From: Vicugna vicugna
Taxonomy: Eukaryota
Assembly (NCBI GenBank): GCA_013265495.1
Contig: MU058039.1
Location: 870,591 to 934,590 of the forward strand
DNA length: 64,000 bases
Reading direction: 5' to 3'
This document shows positions 35,681 through 48,488 of the stretch, piece after piece. Numbering within the stretch: position 1 is the first letter of the stretch; the number at the start of each line of letters is the position of its first letter. The notes beneath the pieces are model-generated. The model saw only the letters and a program-made list of their open reading frames with translations, did no database searches and was not told the DNA's origin. A program made the translations under genes and the position numbers.

Positions 35681-38600
35681 ATCCCGGCAGATCACTCCCA
35701 ATCGGCTCTGAGCCCAGGATCCCCTCAACCCTCCCCACCTCCCACAAGGAGGACCTGGGACCCCCAGGGGCTCGGGGAGCCCCCATTCAAGGCTTTCCTC
35801 CCAGGACATCCCCCAGTTCCCCTGGGACCAGGGCCGCCCTCAGAGTACATTCTGGCGAGCGTCCGGGACCCCATTCCTCTGCCTTAACCCCCTTGGAGAC
35901 TCGGGTCCCTACAGTACCCTCTGCGTCCACGACTGTTCTTCCTCAGAGTCCTCCAGCGAGGACCTGAGACCCTCTGCCTGAGAGCCCTCGACCCCTCTGG
36001 ACCCGGACCTCAGCCAGGCCAGGACCTCTGCCCTTCTCTCTGGCTCAGACCTCCATCCCCTCCAGCATTATCTCTCAATGCGTTCCTCCGGGATGCCCCC
36101 TGGGAAATTCTACCCCAACCCTGACCATAGGGCCCCAGTGAGAACCCTGAATCTCCAGAACCCTCCCAGGAGCCACCACTAAAGACTTTAGTGCCAATAG
36201 AGATCCCTCCGCTAGGACATGGGGCCCCCATCTCAGACTTCCACCCCTGTGGACCTAAACCACCCCCCAGCAAGGGCCCCTGTCCTCCTACAGACCAAGG
36301 ACCACCCCCACCCTCATATTCCCAAACAGGTAGCCTCAAACTCTCCTGCAGGTGCCCCTAACTCCAGACACAGGACCCCTCTTCACATATCCCACTCCAT
36401 CTTGACGTTCCTTTGTATTGGGGAGCCCTCAGTGCAGGGTTTTCTTCCCAATAGGGACACCCCCTCCCTGTTCCCTCTGAACTTGGGACTTCCAATTCAG
36501 CAGCCCCCAGCTGTGAACGTGTGAGACAGAGCTACAGCACCCTCCAGGGAGGACCACTGAGTCTCCAGGCAGAAGCACCCTATCCCACCCCTCCAGTCAC
36601 CAAATGGCTCCAGCACAATCCCCTAGTGTTTTCCAAACCAGACCCATGGGGACCTCTTTGAATGTGAGAATCCCTAGCTGAGATTCTCACCACTGTCTGA
36701 ACACTGACACCCGTTAGGGACCCCAGCACCTTCCCCACACGCTGCCCTTAAGAGCAGAATCCTCCCCCAGCCCCACACAGGAAACCAGCCCAGGTACTCT
36801 GCCTTCTGTACCTGCTGCCCCTGCTGTGAGACCCCACTGCCTACCCTGGATTTCCCAAGAAAGGAAACCTCCTGGGGACCTGGCACCCCTCCAGTCTCTC
36901 CAGACCCACAGGTGGGACCTTTCTCCCCACCCCAACACTGCCCCAGCCTGCTTTGGACCCGAAATTCTCCCTCCATCAAGGACACTCCTGGCCCTCTGCA
37001 CCCCAGAACCCTCCCCAGTATCCACTCGAGACCATTACCACTTTCCACCCTTAACACTCTCAGCCAGGACCAGAGACACTCACCCCCTCCCATCCTCCCC
37101 TTAGCATTGTCTACCCCTTTCATGGTCCCTCAGGCATCCTTGGGCTCAGAAGCCCCCTCTGCCTGAGGACTCCCCTCCCGTTCCCACTTGTGGTCTGAAA
37201 AATGCCTCCATTGGTGCCTGCCCCCTTCTTCCTCTGGACTCAGAACCCACACTCCCTCAGGTGGGACTGACACCCCCTTCTCCCCAGCCCTACTTGGAAA
37301 ACCCCCACCTCAGTGCCCCACAGACCTGGAAAATCCCTTTGTGGGCAGGCTCTGCTTAGGCTTCCCACAACCCCTGCCCAGCTCCCAACCTTCCTCTTTC
37401 CTCTCCTTGCTAGGATTTGGACTGAGGCAAGGCTAACCCAGACTCCTAGCTTTCCATCCCTGCCAGCAATAGCCTGCATCGTCGTTGTGTGGACCAGCAA
37501 ACCGAGGCCATGGGGCAACAGGGCTGGCTGCTTCTCATAGACTCTTCCTAGTAACTGGCTGGGCCTGCCGCACCTGTTCTTGGGCTCCATGCTCCTTCTG
37601 TCTCCTCCTAGATCCTGGCTTCTAAGAAGTTGTCCCAGGCAGAACAGGTGGAGAAGCCAAACTCAAGGCAGGCCTGGCCCAGGTTCAGATCCTCATTCAG
37701 TCACTGCTGATCTCTAAACCTCTGTGTCATCTGTAAAAATGGGGATAATAACACTTCCTGCTTCACAGTAATGGTAATACCTGGTAGAGGATTTAACCAC
37801 ATGGGTTTTAATTTGATCAGCGCAAGAGCCTTGTGAGGCAAGTACCTGTTAGTGGTCCTATTTTTTACCAGTAGAAATTGAGGCCCAGAGAGGTTGGACA
37901 ACTTGCCCAAGGCCACACAGCTAGGAAGTGTAGAGTGCAGATTTGAACCGAGGTGATCAGGCCTCAGAGTCCCACGCTGTTAACCAATACACCGCGCTAT
38001 TTCTTAGGCTTGCATGAATAAAGAAGGATGATGTGTGTATATTGTGTAAAAAAAATAATTCTGACATTTGTTTAAAATGATATGTTATTGCAGTAGGGGA
38101 GAGAGACTGAACTCAACTCTGAACATAGCAAAGACAGCTGGAGATTTAGAGCCGAGAGCACAGTGATGGGGACAGTGGATGGAAAATGATGAGGAGAAGA
38201 CCTGGAGGGCAGGGGATTCTTGCTAAACTGGCTTAATAGGATTCTTGCTACAGACAGGCCAGGACTTGACTTAGATATCAAGGGTGGACAGTGAGAAATT
38301 TGATCAGATACCAAGGCAGGGGGAGTCTTCCTAAACCGACTTAGGATTCCTGCTAAAACCGGGCTGAGTCAGGAAGAGGGCTCACAGGGGCCTGACTCAA
38401 GTTTGGTCAAGGAGGGAGGCTGTGTCAGGGTGAAGTGCTGGGAGTGATAACTGAGGTTTCCAGAACCTCAGTGATCGTTATTACTGTTGGTGGAGCCAGG
38501 AGCCTTGTGTGCATCTGGAGAAATGGAAAACCGGACGTCATTCAGAGAGACCTCTCCCCCAGCGTCCCTGTCTTGTCATAGGCCAGAGTCTTCTGAGGAA

Positions 38601-41600
38601 GACCTGGGGCCTGGAGCTGATCCCGGCAGGCTCGCTGCAACTGAGGCCAGGGGTGGTGAAGTCAGCCCACTGGGAACTGGGAATCGGGAGAGAGGAAGCG
38701 AGCATTACAGTCATGCTAACTCTTTCCATGTTCTAGATGCTAAGTCCTGTCCCAACCTGCCTTTGAGGAGGGGATTTTTCTTTTTAATGAGGTACTGGGG
38801 ATTGAACCCAGGACCTCGTGCATGCTAAGCATGCGCTCTACCACTGATCTATACCCTCCCTCCAGGAAGGGATTTGTTATGAGGCCATTCTGCAGTCCTC
38901 TGAGGAAACTGAGGCTCAAAGAGAAGTCACCTAGCCAAGGTCATGCAGGACCAAATAGCAAAGCACTGATTTGGACCTGGCTCTTTGAGGTAGCAAGTTG
39001 AGGCTCACAGCCCCCCAGTCTGTTCAAACTTGATGATTTTTTTGTCTATAAGGATTTCATGTCATTTGCAAACCCGTCATTTCAGCCAGGCTGCTGGAGT
39101 TTCTCCATCAAAATCCTTGTATTAATGAAGGTTGGAGTCTAAATGATGAAGCTCAAATAATAGTTGCTTAAATAAGACAGAAGTTTATTTCTTGCTCAGA
39201 TTCAAGGTATTCATTCCACAACCAGCATGGTGCTGCGTGGTCAGAGACCCTTGTGTTCCTCCGTAACTCCTGGGCACGGTTTCCATTCCCAAGCTCATCT
39301 CATGGTCCCAAATGGCTGTTTGCCTCCAGCCTTCACATCTGTGTTCCAGCCAGCAGAAGTGGGGAGGAGAGAAGGGAGATAGGCATCTCCATTTCTCTGA
39401 AGACACTTCCTGGAACTATAATTTTTTCATGTATATATCACGGGCCAAGAATTATTCCAGAGTCACACCGAGCCGCAGTCGAGGAGGGAATAGCTATTCC
39501 AGGTGACCATATGTCCAGCAAAAACTAGAGGAATCTTTATTTTTCCTCAGTTTTTTATTGTGGCAAAATACACGTAACATGAAATTTATTATCTTAATCA
39601 TTTTTAAGCGTACAGTTCAATGGTATTAGGTACATTCATTCATTCATTTTTGTGCAATCATTACCACCATCCATCTCCAGAGCTCTTTTCATCTTGCAAA
39701 ACTGTATCTATACTCGTATACACTAACTCCCCATTCATTCCTCACCTCAGCCCCTGGCAACCACCATTCTCCTTTCTGTCTCTGTGATTCTGACTGCTCC
39801 AAGTGCCACATATAAGTGGAATCATAAAGTATTGGTCTTTTTGTGACTGGCTTGTTTCACTTAGCATAATGTCCTCAAGGTTCATCAGTGCTGCAGCATG
39901 TGTCAGAATTTCCTTCCTTCAAAAGGCTGAATAATATTCTGCTCTTTGTGTGTACATTTTGTCTATCCATTCATTCATCAATGGACACTTGGATTGTTTC
40001 CACCTTTTGGCTATTGTGAGTAATGTTACTGTGAACGTAGGTGTACAGTTATCTCTTCCAGCCCCTGCTTTCAATTCTTTTGAGTATATTAAAAAAAAAA
40101 AACAGGGCGTCCTTTTGTGAAGAAGACAGACCCAGGGGAAACCTGCTCATATGTGCAGTGAATGCTTCCACACCTTCTTACTGATCACAGGCTGCATCTG
40201 CAGTCTATGGGGCAACACATTTTACTATCAACATAAACCAGTCCCCTTACCGCCCCAGTCTTATCTCTGGCCCTTTGTTTGACTTATTTGGGAAATAAAA
40301 AGAGATTTTAAATGTCACACTGCCAGAGTGAGCCAGTTTTACCAACACCTGAATTCCCCTTTATGGTATTTCTGTTTGCAGAACTCACATCCACGCTGAC
40401 CTTCCTGTGTTCCCAAGTCCTCCGGGACCCAGTGGGGCTTTTCACACCCATTTTAAAGTAGAGAAACCAGAGGCTCTGAGCCAGGGTAGAGCTTGCACCC
40501 TGCATTTATTATTTTGACTGTTGATCAAGTGCCCACTCTGTGCCAGATACCAGGGTGACAGTAGTGACCCACCCAGATAGAAGCCCCTGCCCTCTTGGGC
40601 TGGCATCCTGGGGGGAGACAGGCAGCAACCAAATAAGTAAACCATGTGCTATGCTGGAAGGTGTTAAGTGCTATGAAAACAAACCGAAAGGAAGAGTTGG
40701 GTAAGAGGGCGTAAGAGTTTTAAATGGTGAGGGAAGGGCTCACTTAGGTGACATCTGAGCAAAGACCTGAAGGAGGGGAGGAAGGGAGCCATGTGGCTGA
40801 TACCTGGTGGAAGAGTGTTCCACCTGGCAAGAACAGCCAGTGCAAAGGCCCTGAGGTGGGAGCATGCTGCCCTGTTGGATTGTGTGGTGCCTCGTGGGTC
40901 ATGATGAGGACCTCTTACCTAAGTGAGATGGAGCCACAGGAGGGCTCAGAGCAGGGGAGGAATGTGGTGACCTAACTACTGTGTTCATAGGGTCCCTCTG
41001 GCTGTGTAGAGGGGAAGAAGGGAGATCAGGGGAAAGGCTGCCAGGTAGACAGGACCAGGATGGAGCCGTGGGGTGGAGTAGGGTGAAGTGGGCAGGATTG
41101 GGATCTATTGGACAGTTGAGACAGCAGTTCTCACCTGCTGTCTGGAAAGTGAGTGACAAGGAAATTGGGGATGACCTAAAGGCTCTAGGCCTGAGCAGCG
41201 GGAAGGGTGGCAGTGCCACCACCTGGGACGAGACACTCTGGGAGGGGCAGGTTCTGGGGTGACATCAGGTCTCGGTTTAGGGTGGTGGCCACAGAACCCA
41301 GGGTGGATGCCGAGTGGGCAGAAGGATTTCCCCTCGCTCCCGCAGGCTACGGGTACACGACGCCGCTGACTGACGCGGGCAAGGCCTTCTCCATCGCCTT
41401 TGCGCTCCTGGGCGTGCCGGCCACCATGCTCCTGCTGACCGTCTCAGCCCAGCGCCTGTCGCTGCTGCTCACCCACGCGCCCCTGTCCTGGCTGAGCCAG
41501 CGCTGGGGCTGGGACCGCCGGCGGGCAGCCCGCTGGCACCTGGCAGTCCTGCTGGGGGTCGTGGTGATCATCTGCTTCCTGGTGCCAGCTGCAGTCTTTG

Positions 41601-42129
41601 CCCACCTTGAGGAGGCCTGGAGCTTCCTGGATGCCTTTTACTTCTGCTTCATCTCACTGTCCACCATTGGCCTCGGTGACTATGTGCCTGGAGAGGCCCC
41701 TGGCCAGCCCTACCGGGCCCTCTACAGGGTGCTGGTCACAGGTGAGTTGGAGTGGCTGGCTGGGGACTGAAGGTGGGGTCTGAGGGGAACCTGACCCCTC
41801 CCAGGGGGAGTTGAGGGTCACAGCTCCATCCTGGGGGGTCCTGTAGCCCTATGGCCCAGCCCCAGAGGTCTGCGTCCACTCAATGCCCTTCTGCTGTCTC
41901 TGCAGCCTACCTCTTCCTGGGCCTGGTTGCCATGGTGCTTGTGCTGCAGACTGTCCGCCGCGTGTCCGACCTTCATGGCCTCACGGAGCTCATCCTGCTC
42001 CCCAACCCGTGCCCCACCAGCCTCGACCAGGATGAGGAAGATCGGGTAGACATTCTGGACCCCCGGTCAGAGCCACACCAGCAACTCACTGCCGGCTCCC
42101 ACACTGACTATGCCTCCATCTCCAGGTAG
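35260..42129 (+). CDS. KCNK6: Two-pore-domain potassium channel TWIK-2 (K2P6.1), 313 aa
   Basis: Kozak gccATG. Exons 35260-35581 ([31 protein letters not shown]), 41346-41741 ([35 protein letters not shown]), 41906-42129 (..HTDYASISR*). P1 filter TVGYG is split by intron 1; P2 filter is TIGLG. Total 942 nt. Confidence 0.97.
38046..38427 (-). mobile_element. MER31-like LTR in KCNK6 intron 1
   Basis: TG..CA bounded; repeated ggattcttgctaaa motifs and gagactgaactcaactctga, recognised as MER31-type. Confidence 0.65.
38778..38862 (-). mobile_element. tRNA-derived SINE (Vic-1-like), short form
   Basis: Same tRNA-like head; TSD aggaggggattt (38766-38777) / aggaagggattt (38864-38875). Confidence 0.8.
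39548..40090 (-). mobile_element. L1M 3' fragment
   Basis: gtacagttcaatggtatt..ggcttgtttcacttagcataatgtcctcaaggttcatc..atggacacttggattgtttcc. Confidence 0.85.
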
Positions 42130-45100
42130 CTGCGGCAGGTGCCGTGAGGCTGGACAGACCAGCTGAGGGGCCCACGTGACTGAAACTGATGGACTAGAAT
42201 GTCCAGTAGCACACGCTGGTGTTCGGGAGGCACTGCTTAACTGTCCGTCCTTTGTTTTACCTGTCCCGGGCTCCGCGGGCATCACCACCTCCTTGTTTCC
42301 CCTGCCCCTCCTGTCACTTCGCCCTCCACCCCTACACTGTATGCCTCCCTGGCTTTCTGTCCATTTCTGTCCTTCCCTCTCATCATCTCCTTGTTTCTCA
42401 TTCTTTTAATCACTCCAACAGCCTCTCACTCAGCCACTCATCGTCTGCTGATCCTACCAGGCTCTGGGCTCAGACCTCATTTTGGGCACTAGATCAGTCA
42501 CTCCATCTTGGATAAGTGACTGTCCCTTTCTGAGCCTTGATTTCCTCATCTGTCAGTGGAAAGAATTTATGCACTCATCCAAAGCCATCTCCTTTGTGCC
42601 GGCCCATACTGGGCAGTGCTAAGGACACAATATTTAAGACAGCCTGGGTCCCACTCTCAAGGGGCCATGTTATTCTAAGATGATTTCTTTGGCCAAGCCC
42701 TGTTCTGGGTACTCTACTTGTGAGGAAGACAGTATTATCACCCCTTTCCATAGCTTAGGAAACTGAGGCACAGGGAGGAGAGGTCCCTTTTGTCTTAGAC
42801 ACAGAGCTAGGAGGTGATTGATTTTCTGTTTACTGCCCCTGACATTTGTCGCCTCCCAAGATGGTATATCAGTAATAGCATTTACTGCCAACAGTCCATC
42901 TCCTGAGCTGTTACCTCTACCAAGCCCTGTGGAGGTCCCAGAAGAGAAAGGGCATTTGAGCCAGGCCTTGACAGTGGACAAGGAGAAAGGGCATGGCGAG
43001 GCATTCCAGGCGGAAGGACTGTGTGTGCAAAGGCCTGGATGTACGAAAGTATGTTGGACATCAGCTTCTGGCAAGCCATTTCCTGTGACTGGAGTATGCA
43101 GAGAACGAGGGAAGGAGGGTGAAGCAGTGGACGTGGGCACATCTTAAGCATCCTTAACTGACCAACTCTGGAACGTGGTCTCTTTCTTGAGGGCACTAGA
43201 GCGTCATGGAAGTGTTTGAGCTGGAGAGGGCTGTGGTTAGGTTTGGGCTTTAGCTGCTGTGTGGAGATAGACCAGAGGGGGAGATTGAGGCTGGGGGCCC
43301 AGGGGAGGCTAGGGCAGGAACAGAGCAGGAGGCAATGGGGCTGGACAGGGCTAAGGGAAGGGGAGGAAACATGCTGAGGAGGCCAAGTGGACAGGCCATA
43401 GGCCTTTAGACCTGGGAAGGACAGGCCAGGGAAAAGTCCAAAGATGGTTAGCTACCTCTGAGATGGGGACCTGGGAGAAAACTGATTTGAGGGGAGATGA
43501 TGAGGCTTGTTTGGAACATGGTGGCTGTGAAGGTCTAAAGGGATGTCCAGGAGAAGGCATCAGGAGGTCATAGGACCCTCAAGGCAAGGGCTCAGGGGGT
43601 GGTTGAAGCTGGAGACAGATGAGGAAATTGAGGTCATGAGGGTGGATATGACAGCCCTGAGTGGGAATGGAGAAGACTAGCTTTGAGAAATCAGCTTTAG
43701 GGTATTTATGTATTTAGATCAATAAGGAAAGATTTGGACTGCAGGTAACAAAATCCTGTCTGGCACTGGGTGAAGCAACAAGATGGTCGTATATTGCACA
43801 TTGCCAGCGTTGGGGAGAGCTCTGGGCATGATACAATCCGCAGCTCCAGGAGGGTCTTGTGGCCCTAGGTTCCCTCTCTCTCTGCTCAGCTACCCTCAGT
43901 GGAAGGCTTGGCTCCCACGTGGGCTTTCATGGCTCCACAGATCCAGGCACCATAACCCAGACATGTTAATGTTTAATGGAAGAAGAGGGGTGATGTCTCT
44001 TCCCATGTTGTCTCTTTGGAAACAAGTTAATCTTTCCCTGATGTCTCCCAGCAGACTTCCTTTTGCATCTCATTGGCCAAAATTGGCTCACATGCATATC
44101 TTGAACCAATCGTTGGCTAAAGTGACGGCACCATCATGATTAGCTTGGATTCCTCAGAATTTCCTCTGCTGCCCAGGACTGAGGCTGAGGCTGAGGTTTT
44201 AGTTTGCAGGCTGTCAAATACCTGAACAAAACTGGGCTTCTATTAGTAAGGCAGAAAGTTGGGAGAATGGGCGGACACTGAGGAACTAGTCAGCCAGGGC
44301 CATCGTGTACAATTATGCAGGTTGGGACCAACGTAAGGGATGCCTGGCCTGCAGGGTGGAAACAAATGGGGGCTGAAGTTCAAGACTGAATATGCCCGAA
44401 GGGGCTTTCTTTTTCTAATGAACATAACAGCTTCATATGGTGAGCAGTGTCCCTTCAAATAATGTCCTCATACCAGAGATAAGAGCTTACAAAGGAGACA
44501 GAAGTTCCAGAGAAGAGTAGCAAAACCAGGAAGGCGGGGAGTATTGGTAAGATGAGAGAATCTTAAGGAGGGAGAAGTCAACACTGTCAAATGATGCTAA
44601 AAAACCACATAAAATTGTTTTAATAATAATGATGGAAGACACTTATATGGGATTTATTATGTCCCAGGCACTGTTCCAAGCCCTCGATACACAAGAATTT
44701 ATTTAACCCTCTCAGCAACTCTGAGTCAGGTACATTCTCCAAATTGCAGGTGGGGAAAGGAGGCTCAGAGAGGCTAAGGAACTTACCCAAGATTACACAG
44801 GAAGTGCAGAACTGGAATTTAACCAGGTTTGGGTTGGTTACCTTGTCCCATGGAGGCTTAGAAACGTTCACTGTCTGTCTCTTAGCCTCCCAGCCTTCCT
44901 AGCCATTGTTGGCCCTGCTGCTAAAGTCAGCAGCTAGGTGAAGAGGCAGCGGCTTGAGGGAAGTGCCTGTATGATCTGGCTTCTGTGCCTCACCAGTTCT
45001 CCTTCCACATTCCTCTAGACAAGGAAACCAGGCCACACTCATTTCAAGATTTTTTTTTTAAATGTGCATGCTAAAAAATTGAAAAAGTACAGAAGAGTGT

Positions 45101-45244
45101 ACAGTGGAAAGTAAGTCTTTCTCCTGTATGCAGGCTGTGTTGATGGATTTCTCAGGTCTCCTTCCAGGCATGTGCCAGCAAAATACATGTGTGTGTATAT
45201 GTGTGTCATTAATTTTTTTCTTTCACTCTGCATAAGTGGTACCT

Positions 45245-45490
45245 GGTATGGTGAGGTGGTGACAATTACAGATTCTGGAGGCCAAGTTCCTGGGTATTAA
45301 TCTGAATTCAATCACTTGCAAGCTCTGTGGTTTTGGGCAAGTTATTTCACCTGCCTTTGCCTGAGTTTGCCAGTCTGTGAAATGGGATGATCATAACACC
45401 TACCTCATGGATTTGTCTGAGAATGAAGCAATTTAATATCTGTAAAGCTCTTAGAACCGTGTCTGGTACTCAATAAAATGTCAGCTAGTG
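45245..45490. mobile_element. MIR (representative; other MIR/L2 fragments at ~4480, 22450, 37660, 40500, 50380, 53570, 54480 and 61080)
   Basis: MIR core ttgggcaagttatttcacct..ctgtgaaatgggatgat..acctacctcat..tgtaaagctcttagaac. Confidence 0.75.
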
Positions 45491-45574
45491 GTTATACTCA
45501 TTTCTGTACCTTGCTTTTCCATATTGTTTCATGTATACATACATAATATTTCTATACTTTTTACTTTTTTAATG

Positions 45575-45697
45575 ATTTTTTGTGGGGGGAGGTAATTAGG
45601 TTTATTTATTTGTTTGTTTTAATGGAGGGACTGGGGATTGAACCCAGGACCTCATGCATGCTAGGCTGCGCTCTACCACTGAGCTATATCCTCCCGC
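45575..45697 (-). mobile_element. tRNA-derived SINE (Vic-1-like)
   Basis: ggggattgaacccaggacctcatgcatgctagg..gagctata; TSD-like tactttt(t/c)taat on both sides. Confidence 0.8.
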
Positions 45698-46515
45698 CAT
45701 ACTTTTCTAATATTTTCTTTTCTGCTTTTTTTCATGTACCCAGTGTAATTGGAGATTATTCTAGAGACAGACAAGTAGGTCTCATATCCTTTTTTATGTC
45801 TGCAGTGCTTCCTCTAGAACTCATGTCCCATAAATTATTTCCACGTCTCATTAATGGACATGTGGGTGGCTGCCAGTCTTTGCTGGCATAAATGATGCTA
45901 TAGGGTGTACATTGTGCTTCAAGGTAACAAAGGCACCTCCTCTTGTAGGGGTACATTCCTGAGTGTGGCAGGGGTGCCTTGAGGAGATCCCAATCCCTCT
46001 GCCTCTGTGAGTCTAGAAGGGTTCAGGTACACAGCTGCTGGGTTTCTTCCCTGGTCTGCGCAGGTGGGCTGGCGGCGGGGGGCGGTGGGGCACAGACTAC
46101 CATCAGCTCTTCATTTATAAAGAACACCTATCCTGCTCTATGTTGCACAGAGTTGGGAATAACAGTGACAGAGAAAGCCCCAGGCCCTGCCCTCCCATGG
46201 CCTGGCATTGCCAGGGGAAGGAGTGTGTCACAGACAAGGGTTCGAAGAAAGGAAAGCAGTCAGCTGGTGACAAAGTAGGGAATAGTATCCCAGAGGGTAT
46301 TATAATGTGTGAACGTGTGTACAATCTGGAGGAGAGCAGGCACACTTGATCAAGGATATCCAAGTCGCTCCGTGTGACTAGGCTTTGGACTACACAGGGA
46401 GACAGGAGATGAGCAGGATGGGAAGTACAACAGGGATGAGATTATGCAGGGCTCTGGGAAACAGTTGAGTTTGGATGTTTTCCTGGGGTCCTGGGAGTCA
46501 TGGAAGGTTTTAGTG

Positions 46516-46695
46516 CACTGATTTCCAAAGTGCTGTCCCAGATCATTAGTATCAGCATCACCTGGAAACTTGCTAGAAATACAGATTCTCCAGCCCCATC
46601 TCAAACTTGCTAAATCAAAAGACCTTGGGGTGGAGCCCAACAACCTGTTTTAACAAGACCTTCTGGTGAGTGTAATGCTAGTTTGAAAGCTACGG
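46516..46695. mobile_element. MER5A-like hAT-Charlie element
   Basis: cagcatcacctggaaacttgctagaaatacagattctc..ggggtggagccca..ttttaacaag. Confidence 0.8.
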
Positions 46696-46999
46696 GTTTA
46701 GAGTAAAGTCAGTTTTGCAGTTCATCAAAAAGTAATGGTGTGAATCTTTAACTGTTAGTCATCAGAATACAAATGAAAACTTACTGAAAATTTTCTTGGG
46801 CCAAGCATTCACGTGTTACCTTATTGACTTCCGAAAACAGCTCTATGAGATGTCATGCCGCAGTCAGATTAATTCCCACATGGAAACCAAACTTTTTCGC
46901 TATAATTGTGATGTCAAAGTCTGTTTGGGTAGAAGGATGAGTAGGCCAGAAGCACCAAACTCTCTGAAGGACTTCCTAACACAAACTTCATCTCCAGCA

Positions 47000-47330
47000 C
47001 CCTCTGCCGGCCAGGTCCCCGCGCAACTGGGTGTTGAGCACCGCCTTCTCTCTGCCCGCCAAGCCCTAGGCGCCAGTTGGGATGCGCGTTACCATGAACA
47101 CAGGAGCGCGAGGCTAGCGGGCATGGAGAAAGGCGGAAGTCAGTTGTGGAAGTGCGAGCGACCATTTTGAGATCGGGCAAGAGGGGCGGGACTGGAGCGG
47201 CCAAGTGACGGTTGACCGGTTTTAACTTAGTGACTGGTATCGCGGGGCGGGGAGAAGAGGGGGGTGCCTGGGCCCATCCCTGGGAGGGATGCGGGGGCGG
47301 GGGCGGGGCTAAGAAGGGGAGGGACGGGAA
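47000..47330 (+). promoter_or_regulatory. CATSPERG: Probable CATSPERG promoter / non-coding first exon (CpG-rich)
   Basis: Onset of CpG enrichment; X-box-like GTTACCATG at 47088-47096, MYB-type hexamers, ETS GCGGAAGT at 47133-47140, half-CRE TGACG at 47206-47210, several GGGGCGGG boxes. Exon boundaries not determined. Confidence 0.6.
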
Positions 47331-48305
47331 GGGGGGAGGCGAGGAGGGGAGAGGCTGGGAAAAAGGAGGAGAGTCAAGGTACTGGGTACATACAGGACGG
47401 GTGGAGCGGAGAAAGGGAGGGGCTCAGAGGAGAAGCGGGTCGATGAATAGCGGCGGGGCTAGAAGAGACGTAGCGTAGAGCCGGGAGCTGTCCAGGGCAT
47501 GGAAACAAGTGGTGAGAAGGGGTGGGGAGAGAAGGTGTCGCAGTTCGGGGGGAAGGTGACAATCGAGAAAGTGAAGACGGACAAGGTAGCGCCGGCATGG
47601 GACGAGGATAAAGTGCAGGGAGAGGAGAGGGTGCGGAACGAGGGGAAGATCAATGGCGAGGAGAGATCCAGCGGCAAAGATAGGGTCTCTAAAGAGAAGG
47701 GGCGGGGCCACAGGAGGAGGCGGGGCGAGCAGCAGGCTTGGGAAGAAACGCTCCTCCAGTATAAGGGAGAAGGGAGGGTCGGTAATGGGCGGGACAAAGA
47801 GCAGGAGAGTGAGAAGCTAGCTCCAGGCGAGAAACAGGGGCGGGGACAGGGGAAGGGGCGGGACGTGGGGAAGTTCTGGGAAACGGATAGGGAGAGGGGC
47901 GGAGCCAGGCGCAAGACCTGGTACCTGGGTAGGGCCAGAGGACGGAGAAAGAGGTCCTTCGAAGAGAAGCTGGGGGGCGGGGCCAGAAGTGGGGGTGGAG
48001 CCAGGTGCAGTTACGCGATCCCAGGGAGTAGCAGGACTGGGAAAAATAGGTGGGGAGCAGGTAGATTAAGAAACAGAACCCGAGACCGGGTGAAGAAGAG
48101 TAGGGGCGGGATGCAGAGCAGGGGCAGAGCAAAGAAGAAAGGTGGGACAAGGTTAAGGGGCAAGGCGAGGAGACAAGGGGGAACCAGGAGCTGGGGCGTG
48201 ACCAGGAGTAACAGTAGGGGCGAGACCTGGAGTAGTAGCAGAGGTGGGATCCGGAATTGGAGTGGATGCAGGATCGGGGGCAGGGCCGAGGTTTGGAGCA
48301 GAGGT

Positions 48306-48488
48306 GGAGCCAGGAGCAAAAGCAGGAGTGGAGCCAGAAGCAAGAGCTGGAATCGAGCCAGGAGCAAGAGCAGGGGTGGAGCCAGGTGCAAGAGCAGGAG
48401 CGGAGCCAGGAGCAAGAGATGGAGTGGAGCAAGGAGCAAGAACAGGGGTGGGGCCAGAAGCCTGTGCAGAGGCGGGGCCAGGAGCAGG
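48306..48488 (+). repeat. 24-bp tandem repeat (~7.5 copies, consensus GGAGCCAGGAGCAAGAGCAGGAGT), preceded by diverged 18/24-bp units from ~48100
   Basis: Units start at 48306, 48330, 48354, 48378, 48402, 48426, 48450 and 48474 with no indels. Confidence 0.9.

Noticed and set aside
34942..35711. Long overlapping ORFs on both strands at KCNK6 exon 1
   Set aside because: Expected in CpG-island sequence overlapping a real exon; no recognisable protein features.
48306..48488. Regular repeat as a CRISPR-like array
   Set aside because: Head-to-tail 24-mers with no unique spacers, in a mammalian locus with no cas genes.
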